Shown here: in pieces, positions 38,784 to 49,340 of the stretch | Numbering within the stretch: position 1 is the first letter of the stretch | Layout of the letters: each line of letters begins with the position of its first letter | Source of the DNA: a virus | Virus record (IMG/VR): IMGVR_UViG_3300042874_000086 | Span: 1 to 64,000 of that record | Direction: 5' to 3' (one strand) | DNA: 64,000 nucleotides | Position numbers and translations under genes: made by a program | The notes under the pieces: generated by a model | What the model was told of the DNA's origin: nothing | What the model saw: only the letters and a program-made list of their open reading frames with translations | Database searches by the model: none

Positions 38784-41030
38784 ATGGGCAAGAGTGGTGG
38801 GTGCCAGGTAGTCGGTTACAGTTATTTTCTAGATATGGCTTATGCATTTTGTGATTATACCGACCACATACTTGGCTTTTATCTTCAGGAGAATAATGTA
38901 GTCAGTCTCAATCTTTCTAATAATGGGCAGACGTTTACAACACCAACGGGGATTAAATCAGAGCTGGGGGGTTCTTTAGGTGCTGACGCCGTCGTTACTT
39001 ACTACTCCGGTACCCAGACCACATCAGACCCTTATTTAGAGTTGAAATCGGGCAAGGCATTAGCATACCATAATGTGTGTTACTTGGTATTTAAACAAGC
39101 ATTTATAGGGGATAATGTACGTACTGTACCTACCTATGGAGTACTTCTAGAACGAACTGGGATATTATCTGCCAGTTCTTTACCTAATTATGCTACCTAT
39201 AGTAAAATAATGGGTACTAAGGTAATTAGTTCTTTTTCTTACACACAAAGTTCTAGTAGCACTGGTTCTATCCCCTTAGCGGAGTTACAAAGTAGTGTTG
39301 GATGGCTTAGCCAAAGGGCAAGAGTTGTTGGTAATGAGTTATTGGTCGATATAGCTACAGCTAACCCCGCTTATATTATTTACGATATTTTAGTAACACT
39401 ACTTAAAGTAAATCCATCTTTAATAGATACTACCTCCTTCAGTACTGCTGCTGAAACTTTATATAATGAGAAACTTGGTATTAATATAGTCTTATCCTCT
39501 TCTAAGAAGGGGGTGGACTGGATTAATGAAATACTTCGGTATGCTAGTGGAATTGTTTATTTTAATACTAACATAGGAAAGTATACTATAAAGTTATTTA
39601 GAAGTGATTATATAAGTAGTGACCTATTGGAGGTATCTATTGACAACGCTAATTCGATAGAATTCGAAAGACCCTCTAGAGCTAACTTACCAAACACTTT
39701 TACTATTAAATACGCTAATATTACTGGTACTGGAGTCCCCAAAAAAGATTCATTAACACTTACTAACTATGCTAATCTAACTATTGCCGGGTTTATAAAG
39801 AATATGGAGGTAGACTTTACTTGTGTAAATACAGATGAGGCTTTAGAGTACTTAGCGAGTTTATATTTTAAAAAGTTATCTTATCCACTAGCTACAATAA
39901 AGTTCAAGATTAATATATTAGACGCTATGTACTTACAAATAGGGGAGACCTTTTCGTTTTATCACGAGACATTAACAAGTACTGGGTCTATAATATTTAG
40001 GGTCTTAAAAGTTACTGGTGATTCATCTAAGGAGCCATACCTTACTATAGAGGCGATTGAGGACATCTTTCATGTAGGGGAGGTTGTATCAATACATAAT
40101 AGTGTATCACTGGTGCTTCCTCCCCTACTCTCCTTATACCAGCCCCCCGACAAGATGAAATTTTTTGACTGTACCCCAGAGAGTGGTACCTACCGGGGGG
40201 TATACGTTGCCACCCATTACACCAATCCACCAGGGTCTGTAATTAGAAATTTAGTTGCGGTAGAGCCTAATCAGTCACAAATAACATTTCAATCTTGGGG
40301 GTATGGGGAAGTAATAAATATTCAGAATTACTCTGATGAATCTGTTGATTATGACTTAATTATTACCATTACAGACCCTTATGAGTCTTTACAGGAAATA
40401 CTCGGAACATCTGCGGATTTACAACGGAATGTTTACACCGCGTATTGGGGGAATGAGGGAATATCGTATAAAACCTGTATTTTAGTTGATGTTGGTGTAT
40501 ATGAGATTAAAGGAATAATTAGAGGCGCAATGGGGTCTAAAACTGCCCACTCTATCGGCGAAGAATTCTGGGTAACCCCAGTATCTGCTAATCAGCTACG
40601 TCCACTACCTATTGTATCTATTACCCCAACTATTTCAGTATACGCGGAAAATAGTGTTGGGACCTCCCCAAGTATTTCAAGCACGTATACTTATAATTAT
40701 TCTTTGGAAACCCCATACCCTCCCAACTCTTTGAGGGTTACCCCTATGGTTGGGTACGCCAATTTATTGTGGTCTCCTTGTGTAAGACTTGCTGGTGCTA
40801 ACTACAGAAACTGTGATACTATAGTAGCGGGGCATGACGAGGGGGTTGTTGAGGGTTCCTTTAAGATATATAAAGACAACGTTTATGTTACAACCATTAT
40901 CCCAAAAACCTCGGATACTTTTATTAGTTATCAAGTGACACAAACTGGAACTTGGGCTATTAGTACTGTTGTTGGTTCTTTTGAATCAGTTAAAGTTACC
41001 AGCGTAGTGTCTAGTGGTGATATTTTATAA
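38784..41030 (+). CDS. Central tail/tip attachment protein
   Basis: MGKSGG..VGYSY, ANPAYIIYDIL, AAETLYNEKLG, IRGAMGS. Confidence 0.85.
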   Translation: MGKSGGCQVVGYSYFLDMAYAFCDYTDHILGFYLQENNVVSLNLSNNGQTFTTPTGIKSELGGSLGADAVVTYYSGTQTTSDPYLELKSGKALAYHNVCYLVFKQAFIGDNVRTVPTYGVLLERTGILSASSLPNYATYSKIMGTKVISSFSYTQSSSSTGSIPLAELQSSVGWLSQRARVVGNELLVDIATANPAYIIYDILVTLLKVNPSLIDTTSFSTAAETLYNEKLGINIVLSSSKKGVDWINEILRYASGIVYFNTNIGKYTIKLFRSDYISSDLLEVSIDNANSIEFERPSRANLPNTFTIKYANITGTGVPKKDSLTLTNYANLTIAGFIKNMEVDFTCVNTDEALEYLASLYFKKLSYPLATIKFKINILDAMYLQIGETFSFYHETLTSTGSIIFRVLKVTGDSSKEPYLTIEAIEDIFHVGEVVSIHNSVSLVLPPLLSLYQPPDKMKFFDCTPESGTYRGVYVATHYTNPPGSVIRNLVAVEPNQSQITFQSWGYGEVINIQNYSDESVDYDLIITITDPYESLQEILGTSADLQRNVYTAYWGNEGISYKTCILVDVGVYEIKGIIRGAMGSKTAHSIGEEFWVTPVSANQLRPLPIVSITPTISVYAENSVGTSPSISSTYTYNYSLETPYPPNSLRVTPMVGYANLLWSPCVRLAGANYRNCDTIVAGHDEGVVEGSFKIYKDNVYVTTIIPKTSDTFISYQVTQTGTWAISTVVGSFESVKVTSVVSSGDIL

Positions 41031-41068
41031 ATAAAACGATTATAACAATAATACTAAGAGGTAATTAA

Positions 41069-41755
41069 ATGGCACTTTTGGCTAATGGGTTAGAGACCCT
41101 CGAAATAGGGGCAACTGCTTGGCGGTTGATTGTAAATGCTAACATAGAGAAACTTTATAGTAAAACTGAATGTGATACTAAGTACGTAGCAAAAGCTGGT
41201 AGTACTATGACGGGGCTTCTAGTCCTATCCGCAAACCCATCTGCTCCCTTAGGGGCAGCTACAAAACAGTATGTGGACGATAAAGTTACTTTAGAGAATA
41301 TTCAAGATTTGCTGGGGTCTTCTTTTGTAAACTCAACTTCTATTGATTGTAGTTATAATGATATTAGTAATAACTGGGTATTTTCTGTTATATTTGGGAC
41401 AACATCTACTACCGTAGCTACCGGAAATCATAAACATAATAATATGTACTCGGTTACCATGTCCTCGGACCTATCCCCCTCCAATATGGATATATATGAT
41501 AACTTTTATATTACTCTAGGGGCTAGTATAGCAGTCAATAATCCTACCAACCATTCAGTAGGACAAACAGGTAAAGTGGTATTCAAACAAGATGTTACTG
41601 GGGCCAGGGTAGTTACTTGGGGTTCTTATTACTTATTTCCCGGGGGAACCGAGCCTACTTTATCAACTGTGGCAAATGCTGTAGATACCTTTAGTTATTT
41701 TGTACTTTCTTCTACAGAGATTCTAATTACTAACATTAATTTAGCGATGTCTTAA
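41069..41755 (+). CDS. Tail fibre-like protein
   Basis: GSTMTGLL, AATKQYVD, QDVTGARVVTW...PTLSTVANAVD. Confidence 0.8.
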   Translation: MALLANGLETLEIGATAWRLIVNANIEKLYSKTECDTKYVAKAGSTMTGLLVLSANPSAPLGAATKQYVDDKVTLENIQDLLGSSFVNSTSIDCSYNDISNNWVFSVIFGTTSTTVATGNHKHNNMYSVTMSSDLSPSNMDIYDNFYITLGASIAVNNPTNHSVGQTGKVVFKQDVTGARVVTWGSYYLFPGGTEPTLSTVANAVDTFSYFVLSSTEILITNINLAMS

Positions 41756-41759
41756 TAGG

Positions 41760-42395
41760 ATGAATACTTTTATCAGAATACTTAATTATACAAAGTGTTT
41801 ATGGTCGAAATATAATCCGTTTGACTTAAATGATGAATTTATAGGTATTAATGAACATCTTATAAACGTTTATAATAAAGTTGTAGGTATAGAAAATGCA
41901 ATTATTATAGAGTTGGAAACTTATAAACAAGAACGATTATATTATCATAACTTAGTAGAAGCTATTGGTGATGTTTCTCCCGACATGTTATGGGCTAAGA
42001 ATTTAGATGGTAAATATATTTATGCAAATAATGCAATAAAAAATGGACTACTGCTAGACCATGACCCAATTGGTAAAGATGATGTCACCTTAGCACTGGC
42101 CGCTAAGGAAAGATTTGGTGAAGAAAACCACACTTTCGGGGAACTTTGTGCCGACTCCGACACAATTACTTTGACAGCATTAAAAGAATGCTCTTTTTGG
42201 GAGTACGGGAAAGTTAAGGGCAGTGACTTACACTTACTGGTAAAAAAGAAACCACTCTATGTTGATGGTGAATTGTATGGAACTGTAGGTAGTGGGAGGG
42301 ATATAACAGATTTAGTTATATTATCTAACACAGTTAATAATAATTGCTCTACTTATACATCTTTTTTTGATATCTTAGAAAAATATAAATTTTAG
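41760..42395 (+). CDS. Stand-alone PAS-domain protein
   Basis: PDMLWAKNLDGKYIYANNA, IGKDD, KKPLY.DGELYGTVGSGRDITD. Confidence 0.88.
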   Translation: MNTFIRILNYTKCLWSKYNPFDLNDEFIGINEHLINVYNKVVGIENAIIIELETYKQERLYYHNLVEAIGDVSPDMLWAKNLDGKYIYANNAIKNGLLLDHDPIGKDDVTLALAAKERFGEENHTFGELCADSDTITLTALKECSFWEYGKVKGSDLHLLVKKKPLYVDGELYGTVGSGRDITDLVILSNTVNNNCSTYTSFFDILEKYKF

Positions 42396-42397
42396 GG

Positions 42398-42679
42398 GTG
42401 AACATGTCAGTTGGGTCTTGGGATGAGTTAAAATTTTATCTTACTAAAACAATAGATGAGATAAAATCAGACCTTCATTATATACGCAAAGAACAGTTGG
42501 ATACTAGAGAAAAACTCACAAATGTTTCTGCACAACTCCAAGGGCTTGATATCATTAAAACAGACTTACATGTGGTACAAGAAAAAGTTACAATTATCCA
42601 AACCAAGTTACTTGTGGGGGTTGCTATAGTAGGTGTGGTTGCTTCTGCAATCGTGCAATGGCTTGGAAGATTATTTTAA
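42398..42679 (+). CDS. Putative holin (coiled coil plus C-terminal TM helix)
   Basis: Single C-terminal hydrophobic helix; directly before an endolysin. Confidence 0.6.
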   Translation: MNMSVGSWDELKFYLTKTIDEIKSDLHYIRKEQLDTREKLTNVSAQLQGLDIIKTDLHVVQEKVTIIQTKLLVGVAIVGVVASAIVQWLGRLF

Positions 42680-42688
42680 GGAACTACG

Positions 42689-43087
42689 ATGGATATAGTA
42701 TATACCCAATGGGAATTTGTTAAAAATATTAGTAAACTTTTAACATTTATTGAGGGGTCTAATTTTATGGTAACCTTAGGGGAAGCTTATAGGCCCTATG
42801 AATTACATTTGTTATATCTTCACGGGTTATCCGTAGAGGAGTATGGAGACTCACTTAATTTCGTACCCACTAAGCAAAAAGCCCGTACAAAAACTTCAAA
42901 GCACCTTAAACGTCTAGCTATTGACTTTAACTTCTTTATTAAAAACGATAATGGTGAGTACGATTTGACTTATGATACTTACTTGTTGACCTTAATAGGT
43001 GAGTACTGGGAAACTCTAAATGAAAATAATGTGTGGGGCGGTTTTTGGAAACACCCAGACCCTACCCACTTTCAAATGTCATACTAA
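42689..43087 (+). CDS. M15-family peptidase (endolysin-like)
   Basis: GEAYR, SKHLKRLAID, WGGFW..D..HF. Confidence 0.9.
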   Translation: MDIVYTQWEFVKNISKLLTFIEGSNFMVTLGEAYRPYELHLLYLHGLSVEEYGDSLNFVPTKQKARTKTSKHLKRLAIDFNFFIKNDNGEYDLTYDTYLLTLIGEYWETLNENNVWGGFWKHPDPTHFQMSY

Positions 43088-43097
43088 AGGGAAATAT

Positions 43098-43325
43098 ATG
43101 AAAAATTTTATTATACTTAGGTTAATTAATATGTTATTAGGTAGGGATACCTATGATGTTATTTTTAAGCTTGTATTTAATTTAGCCACAACCCAAAGCA
43201 CTGGGGAAGAGAAAAAGACTAAAGTTAAAGAATCTTTAAAAGACCTTAGACTGGACGTAAAAGACTCTGTAATAAATTTAGCAATTGAACTAGCAGTTGC
43301 CCAATTAACTTTAAAGGATAAATAA
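43098..43325 (+). CDS. Small holin-associated/hypothetical protein
   Basis: Start MKNFII after an AAAGGGA RBS; TGEEKK...INLAIELAV. Confidence 0.65.
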   Translation: MKNFIILRLINMLLGRDTYDVIFKLVFNLATTQSTGEEKKTKVKESLKDLRLDVKDSVINLAIELAVAQLTLKDK

Positions 43326-43744
43326 TGGCTATTGTTGCTGCAGTTTGTGACTCTTACTTAAAAGAATTGTATGAAGGTACCCACGTAGCTACCGACAATT
43401 ACTACATAGCTTTATACTTGGACACTGCTAACTTGGGGAGTACTACCACAAGTTACTCAATTACTGATGAGACCTCTGGAACGGGGTATACTGCCGGGGG
43501 GCAACTACTGGTTGGGTTTAATACACTTATAGACTCGGGCGTATCTATTTTAGATTTTAGCACTGACGCGGTGTGGTCAGTATCTACAATAACCGCTGCC
43601 GGGGCACTGATATATAACTCAACAAAATCCAATAAAGCCGTTGCAGTGCTAGATTTTGCTGGGAATGTATCCTCGGTTGATGGCGATTTTATTGTTGAAT
43701 TTCCGCTTCCTACCTCTACAGCTGGATTAATAAGGATTTCATAA
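43325..43744 (+). CDS. Virion structural protein
   Basis: YIALY, ETSGTGYTAGG, TITAAGALIYN, AVLDF. Confidence 0.75.
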   Translation: MAIVAAVCDSYLKELYEGTHVATDNYYIALYLDTANLGSTTTSYSITDETSGTGYTAGGQLLVGFNTLIDSGVSILDFSTDAVWSVSTITAAGALIYNSTKSNKAVAVLDFAGNVSSVDGDFIVEFPLPTSTAGLIRIS

Positions 43745-44169
43745 TGCCAGCCTTTGGGTCATCTTCACAACAACGTTTACAAAAGGTACACCCCGACTTA
43801 GTTAAGGTTATGAACGAAGCTATCAAACATATTGATTTTTCAATTATGTTTGGTTACCGCTCCCCAGAAGAACAATTAGAGTTATTTAAAAAAGGTCGTT
43901 CATTCCTAAAAGGAAAATGGGTAATTACTAGCAAGAAATCTGTCGTTACATATATGGACGGTACTACTAAAAAATCAAACCATAACTTCAGTCCCGCTAG
44001 AGCAGTTGATATTATGCCTTACCCGTTCCTTCAAAGTTACTGGAAAGACTCTAAAATTTGGTATGAGTACTCCGAGGCTATTAAAAAAGCTGCCGATACT
44101 ATTGGTGTAAAAATAGTTTGGGGCGGGGATTGGAAAATGTTTGACGCCCCACATTTTGAGTTAGTCTAA
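43744..44169 (+). CDS. M15-family L-Ala-D-Glu peptidase endolysin
   Basis: VHPDL, GYRSPEEQ, SNH..ARAVD, WGGDW.MFDAPHFEL. Confidence 0.93.
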   Translation: MPAFGSSSQQRLQKVHPDLVKVMNEAIKHIDFSIMFGYRSPEEQLELFKKGRSFLKGKWVITSKKSVVTYMDGTTKKSNHNFSPARAVDIMPYPFLQSYWKDSKIWYEYSEAIKKAADTIGVKIVWGGDWKMFDAPHFELV

Positions 44170-44238
44170 ATCCACAGCTAGTTAATCCATACGATTATTG
44201 AGTAGTTATCAAAAACTAGTTAATAATAAAGGATTTAC

Positions 44239-46164
44239 ATGGCTTTAATTGCCTCCGACTGGACAGTATCTACAAATGGTGATATAAGGTACATTGGTGC
44301 AGCACACGGTATCACCGGTGCTTCGTATGCAACAGTTATTGAGTTGCATAGATGGTTACAAGACTTAGCGGATGACGCAAGTGCTTCTGGTGATGATTTA
44401 CTTGACATTACCGGTTTAACACCTTCAGGCCGTGATACAGATAACATTATCAATCTACTTGGTACGTATAATATCAATCAGGCAACATCAGAACATCTTT
44501 ATGATGGTACAATTAAGCAAGCGTTAGGTGCTGATATCTGGGATGGTATTGTCAACTATGGTAATGAGGGTATTGATATTCAGCTCATCCAAAATGGTGC
44601 GTTGGTTGCAAATGACTTCTGGAATAGTCTACCTTTTGGTGCGACACTTACCGGTCTTAATCGTGATTTAGTTCAAGGTATCTCACACCGTTTCTTAGTT
44701 AAGACCCGTACAGCCGGTGTGGATATTGATGCCCGACGTATTCTAGGTATCACTCGTGAGTATGGTAAGACATACGCTGAATTTAATATCAACGCGACTG
44801 CCTCAGGAAATAACGTTCTTGCATTGGTTAATGCACTAGATGGAAATAACACTACTGCGTCAGGAACTGTAGGGGCATGGGATAGTATTACAAATGCAAA
44901 AACCGATAGTACAACTACCGTAAATGGTACTAATGCTATTAGTTCAACTACACTCAATGTTGTGTCGGGTGCTGCATTTACTAAAGGTAACTTCATTACA
45001 ATTGGGTCATTGACGCATGAGTACCAAATTACTAATATTGCAACCAATGCGTTGACAGTCACCCCGGGGTTGGAGGAAGCAACTACCGGTGGGGAAATTG
45101 TTTATAAGTTAGGTTTGGGATATAACGGAATTGATATTAATAATGATACTGTCAACGAGTTCTACTACACTAATTGGAATCGTGATTCATACACAATTAA
45201 CCAATTTTTTGAAAGAATGAAGTACCTTACTCGTGTTGGGTCTACTGGTAGAATGTATGGATTAAATGCGGAGATATTCCGTGGTATTACCCACGAGATT
45301 ACTGTTGACACACCTACTGGTACATTTGCAGCTGTAGAGCGTGTTACATGGACTGGTGGTACTGGGCAGATGTTAGCTATAACCTCACCAACTACGCCTA
45401 CTAAAATGTGGATTCAGTTACTAACTGGTACTGCGCCTGTTGATAACGTTGTGATTACTGGTACTGTCAGCACTGCTACCGCTACTGTCAATGTTACCGT
45501 TACAGAGCGTACAGCACTGATTAAGCAACCATTTGCCGGAACTTCAACGGGTACAGCTTTATCGGGCGGGTATGGTATAGGTATTGAAAAGCTTGACTTG
45601 ACCGCTGCTGACAAAGTATTTGACTTAACGAATGCGCAGTACTCTCCACCTGACTATCGTGTAACTACAGTCGCTGGTTTGATTAGTACGGAGGATAGAG
45701 TTCTTGTTGGTCCAGATAATGCAGGTGCGCTTCAAGATGGTCAGTTCTTGTTGAATGCAGGTATTACATCTGGTGCAACATCAATTACCGTTAAGGTTGG
45801 TACGGAAACTCCTGGTACCAGTACGCAGTCAGCAATGGATACACCATCTGCAGGAACTTTACGTGTCAAAGATAATACAGGTGTATATCAGCGTGTTACC
45901 TATACAGGGTTTACTGTTGCTGCAAGTACAATGACATTCACAGGATGTTCTGGTGCTCCTACAGCGGCTTTGGATAACCAAGTATTTATCTCGTATCTTG
46001 ATAAGTTGGCAGACGGTACTTCGGTAACATTTACTACCATTTATCATTCGCCTAGAACATTATTTGCTCGTGTACGTGATGGTGGTGGGTCGCCTATTAA
46101 AACGTTTGAAAATACCGTTGCTCTCGGCGGATCTATTAGTGCTATCCGTACTCCAGACGTATAA
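44239..46164 (+). CDS. Virion structural/tail protein
   Basis: 641 aa, T/G-rich, own late-promoter motif and downstream hairpin. Confidence 0.7.
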   Translation: MALIASDWTVSTNGDIRYIGAAHGITGASYATVIELHRWLQDLADDASASGDDLLDITGLTPSGRDTDNIINLLGTYNINQATSEHLYDGTIKQALGADIWDGIVNYGNEGIDIQLIQNGALVANDFWNSLPFGATLTGLNRDLVQGISHRFLVKTRTAGVDIDARRILGITREYGKTYAEFNINATASGNNVLALVNALDGNNTTASGTVGAWDSITNAKTDSTTTVNGTNAISSTTLNVVSGAAFTKGNFITIGSLTHEYQITNIATNALTVTPGLEEATTGGEIVYKLGLGYNGIDINNDTVNEFYYTNWNRDSYTINQFFERMKYLTRVGSTGRMYGLNAEIFRGITHEITVDTPTGTFAAVERVTWTGGTGQMLAITSPTTPTKMWIQLLTGTAPVDNVVITGTVSTATATVNVTVTERTALIKQPFAGTSTGTALSGGYGIGIEKLDLTAADKVFDLTNAQYSPPDYRVTTVAGLISTEDRVLVGPDNAGALQDGQFLLNAGITSGATSITVKVGTETPGTSTQSAMDTPSAGTLRVKDNTGVYQRVTYTGFTVAASTMTFTGCSGAPTAALDNQVFISYLDKLADGTSVTFTTIYHSPRTLFARVRDGGGSPIKTFENTVALGGSISAIRTPDV

Positions 46165-46174
46165 GCCTATCCGT

Positions 46175-46191
46175 CCCTCCTACTTGGAGGG
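46175..46191 (+). terminator. GC-rich hairpin after the 44239 gene
   Basis: ccctcc-tactt-ggaggg; no clear U tract. Confidence 0.4.
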
Positions 46192-46213
46192 GCCAAATAC
46201 AAAAGGATAATAT

Positions 46214-46705
46214 ATGCAATACCTAACTAAAGGTGAGTTACTAGTCGCGTTAGGTGATAGCGCAGATAGTTTCACAGCGTTCATGATGAACCCAGAGGCG
46301 TACGGCGTTACTGAACCCGCCCTAACAGCGCTGGGAGTGACTAAACAAAAATTAGATTGGACAGCAAACGTTGATATGGGCTTACCTGAAGTCAGTAGCC
46401 TCATAACTATGCTACAAAGCCTTGGGATCATTTCGCAAGCAGCAGCTGATACCTTAAGAGATACGCCAGACAGAACTGAATATGACCAATACACTATATA
46501 CGTAAAAGCACAAGATGATATTACAGTAAATAACATATACGGAGCAGTGTTCGATGGCAACTTATGGAAAGTTGTAATGGACTACTACAATAACACTAAA
46601 GACATACACATCATAGAGGACGCGTACTTCAGCAGCGAGCCCACTACAGAAGAGATAACACTCCTAGTAAATGATAAATTAACAGAGTTGAAGAGGGAGG
46701 TGTGA
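46214..46705 (+). CDS. Hypothetical protein
   Basis: AAGGA RBS, 163 aa. Confidence 0.75.
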   Translation: MQYLTKGELLVALGDSADSFTAFMMNPEAYGVTEPALTALGVTKQKLDWTANVDMGLPEVSSLITMLQSLGIISQAAADTLRDTPDRTEYDQYTIYVKAQDDITVNNIYGAVFDGNLWKVVMDYYNNTKDIHIIEDAYFSSEPTTEEITLLVNDKLTELKREV

Positions 46706-46706
46706 C

Positions 46707-49331
46707 ATCGCAACTTTTACAATCACCGATACAAAAAATCTCGATGAACTGACATCAAAGGCTGGCGGGGACACATACAATGTCAATGGCGGTAACTTAA
46801 CAATTGACGGGCACTCAAGATTCGACCTTAATGCAAGTAATGCTTCTGCATCAGCTGCTACATCCCTTGGAACTGTAACCATCTCTGCTACTCTTGGGGG
46901 GAATTGCACATTTGATGGTACTAAAGTCAGGTTAATAGCGTATACAGATGGAAGCGGAACACTGCCAGCACTTGGCTCTACAGTGACCAAAGGTTCAGCT
47001 AGTGGCAAATTGATGTGTGTTTATTCGTCAATGACTGATATGCCAGTTGTATCAGGAACAATTCCAGCTACTGGTTGGATACAAATTAAACAATGGAATG
47101 AAGTAGAGTACACTTCAGGCGCATTGACAATCACGGACGTATCTGCCAATTCATCAGGGGCTAGTAAAGTTGGCTTCTTGGAGATTATGGGTGACGACGC
47201 AAAGAGTATTGTTGCTAATAGACTTGGTACATTTAATGTAACAGGTGCTTGGTTCAGTTTAGGTTCGACTTCGGGCTCATCTAATCAAACAATCCAAATT
47301 CCAAATCACGGGACTAAACGATTTATTAGTGGGGTGTTTATAGAAAAAACATCAGGCCAAAAGGATTATGAGTTCTATCCAAATGCTGGGACTGCTACTA
47401 CAATTGGTACTGAAGCTGAACGCGGTAAAGTTGTTTGGATAGATGACACTGGATTGATTAGGATTGGACATAATGGCACTGACCCTATGGGGTATACTCC
47501 GGTTGCTAATCTTGAAGTAGTTATCGGAAATATCTTCTTTTGTACCAATACCACATCCGCTAGAAATGAGGTGTGCATCCCCCATGCCACACCTGGTACA
47601 AGATACGATTACACTACTACCGGTGGTGGTGTTCTAAACATTGACAAGTGTGAGTCATCATGGTACCTCAGTATAGTACAAGCTTACAGCTGTAACGTTA
47701 GTAATAGTGGGTTTGTAGACTCAGTCTATGTTCAAGAGGTGGCTACTCCTATGACGTGGAGTAATGTTGGTGTTGGTAATAAACCAAATACAGCCTTGGT
47801 GACATCGGGCTTGTTTATGTACTACAACTATGTCGGGGGTGTATTTAACGATTGTGTTTTCACTCGTGTATCACTGGCAACCTCTGGTTCGTACACAGCT
47901 GTAATTCAAGACACTATAGGATTTACATTTAACAGGTGTGCTTTTAGGGCTAATACCCGTCAAGGGCACTCATCAGTGTATTCTATATACGGGCTTAGGA
48001 TTAAAGATACTACTTTTAACGACTGTACGATTATTCAAGGGTATAGTATGCTCAGCACTTGTGAGGATATTGTCTACAACAATACGGCATATATAAACAA
48101 TGTGTCGGGGACTACTCCTACTACTTATCCAACTCATGTGTGGTACACCTCAGCTAATAGTGTGAACTGTACGTTTAACGGGCTAAAGTTACCTGTGACT
48201 GATTGTCATCCATATACTTCGTTATTAGCCAGTACATATGGAGCTAGTAATATCAAGTTGCGCAACATCGGGACGAGAACAGTACCCTTAAACTTAGGAA
48301 CAACAAATAATTGTGCTTTCATTTATGTCATTAGCTCTAATACCTCAAATGTAAAGGTACAGCGTGTTTATGCGTCCAACACTAGAACTGGAATTATGAC
48401 AGGGAACAACTCTTGTCATGAGATTACAGAAGAGAATGTGTTTGGTGACTATGCAGATGCAACAGATGTTATGGCTTGTATCAATATGAAGCGTAAAGGC
48501 ATGGGTGGCACCGGTGTATTGAACAGTCAGATATCGATTTACGGTACTCATTGGATGGACTCATTTATAAATACAACTGAAGGACGTATTGCCATCCTAA
48601 TGAATGAGGCTTCAACAATTACTGCAGCCCAAGTGACTTTAGGTACCGGCTCATCATTCACCAGCTCGGGTGGTTTGTATATGCCAAATGTAGACCACAC
48701 GGTTACGTTTGAAATGCCAGAGTATACTCTAGGACATACAGGGTTTGTTAATACCACATTAATAATGGCTGGTGGTACTAGCACAAAATACAACTATAAC
48801 TACGCTATTGACAAAAATGACAATGCAGGTTGGAGTGCAATGACGACGGATAACTTCACCCCTACTACACTAGGAACTGCATTGAGTAATATCACAGGGA
48901 TTGATGCTAGTAAAGGGTTTAAGTTACGGCTTAAAATTACTACAATTACTGGCAACACTAATGCTATCACAAGTGTATATGTTAAAACAACAAGTTCAGC
49001 AACAGCTCAAGATTACCAATATCCACTTGATACTGTCCCTTTGTCGTTTGCTGTTAAGCATATAGATACAGGAAGTCCGCTGGCTGGTGCTAGACTATAC
49101 CTAGTAGCAGGAGCTGGTGGGCCATTAGCCCAGGGTACTCTAATTCTAAATACACTGACTGATGTCAATGGGAATGTAACTGGTGCGGTAGAGCTGTCAG
49201 GAAATCAGCCAGTAGTGGGCAGAGTTAGGTTCGGAACCACCCCCAACTTCTACAAAACAGTTCCAATTAGTGAGATTATAAATAGTACAAGTGGGTTGTC
49301 ATTGAATATATCAATGATCCCCGATGCATAA
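46707..49331 (+). CDS. Tail fibre/spike-like protein with beta-helix character; apparent ATC start
   Basis: Frame is open 92 codons upstream of the tracked GTG; GGAGGTG RBS then ATC GCA ACT TTT (xATFTITDTKNLDEL). Confidence 0.75.
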   Translation: MATFTITDTKNLDELTSKAGGDTYNVNGGNLTIDGHSRFDLNASNASASAATSLGTVTISATLGGNCTFDGTKVRLIAYTDGSGTLPALGSTVTKGSASGKLMCVYSSMTDMPVVSGTIPATGWIQIKQWNEVEYTSGALTITDVSANSSGASKVGFLEIMGDDAKSIVANRLGTFNVTGAWFSLGSTSGSSNQTIQIPNHGTKRFISGVFIEKTSGQKDYEFYPNAGTATTIGTEAERGKVVWIDDTGLIRIGHNGTDPMGYTPVANLEVVIGNIFFCTNTTSARNEVCIPHATPGTRYDYTTTGGGVLNIDKCESSWYLSIVQAYSCNVSNSGFVDSVYVQEVATPMTWSNVGVGNKPNTALVTSGLFMYYNYVGGVFNDCVFTRVSLATSGSYTAVIQDTIGFTFNRCAFRANTRQGHSSVYSIYGLRIKDTTFNDCTIIQGYSMLSTCEDIVYNNTAYINNVSGTTPTTYPTHVWYTSANSVNCTFNGLKLPVTDCHPYTSLLASTYGASNIKLRNIGTRTVPLNLGTTNNCAFIYVISSNTSNVKVQRVYASNTRTGIMTGNNSCHEITEENVFGDYADATDVMACINMKRKGMGGTGVLNSQISIYGTHWMDSFINTTEGRIAILMNEASTITAAQVTLGTGSSFTSSGGLYMPNVDHTVTFEMPEYTLGHTGFVNTTLIMAGGTSTKYNYNYAIDKNDNAGWSAMTTDNFTPTTLGTALSNITGIDASKGFKLRLKITTITGNTNAITSVYVKTTSSATAQDYQYPLDTVPLSFAVKHIDTGSPLAGARLYLVAGAGGPLAQGTLILNTLTDVNGNVTGAVELSGNQPVVGRVRFGTTPNFYKTVPISEIINSTSGLSLNISMIPDA

Positions 49332-49340
49332 AGGATAGTA

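Noticed and set aside
32423-49331. Diversity-generating retroelement acting on tail genes
   Set aside because: No reverse transcriptase and no TR/VR pair with adenine-specific mismatches was seen
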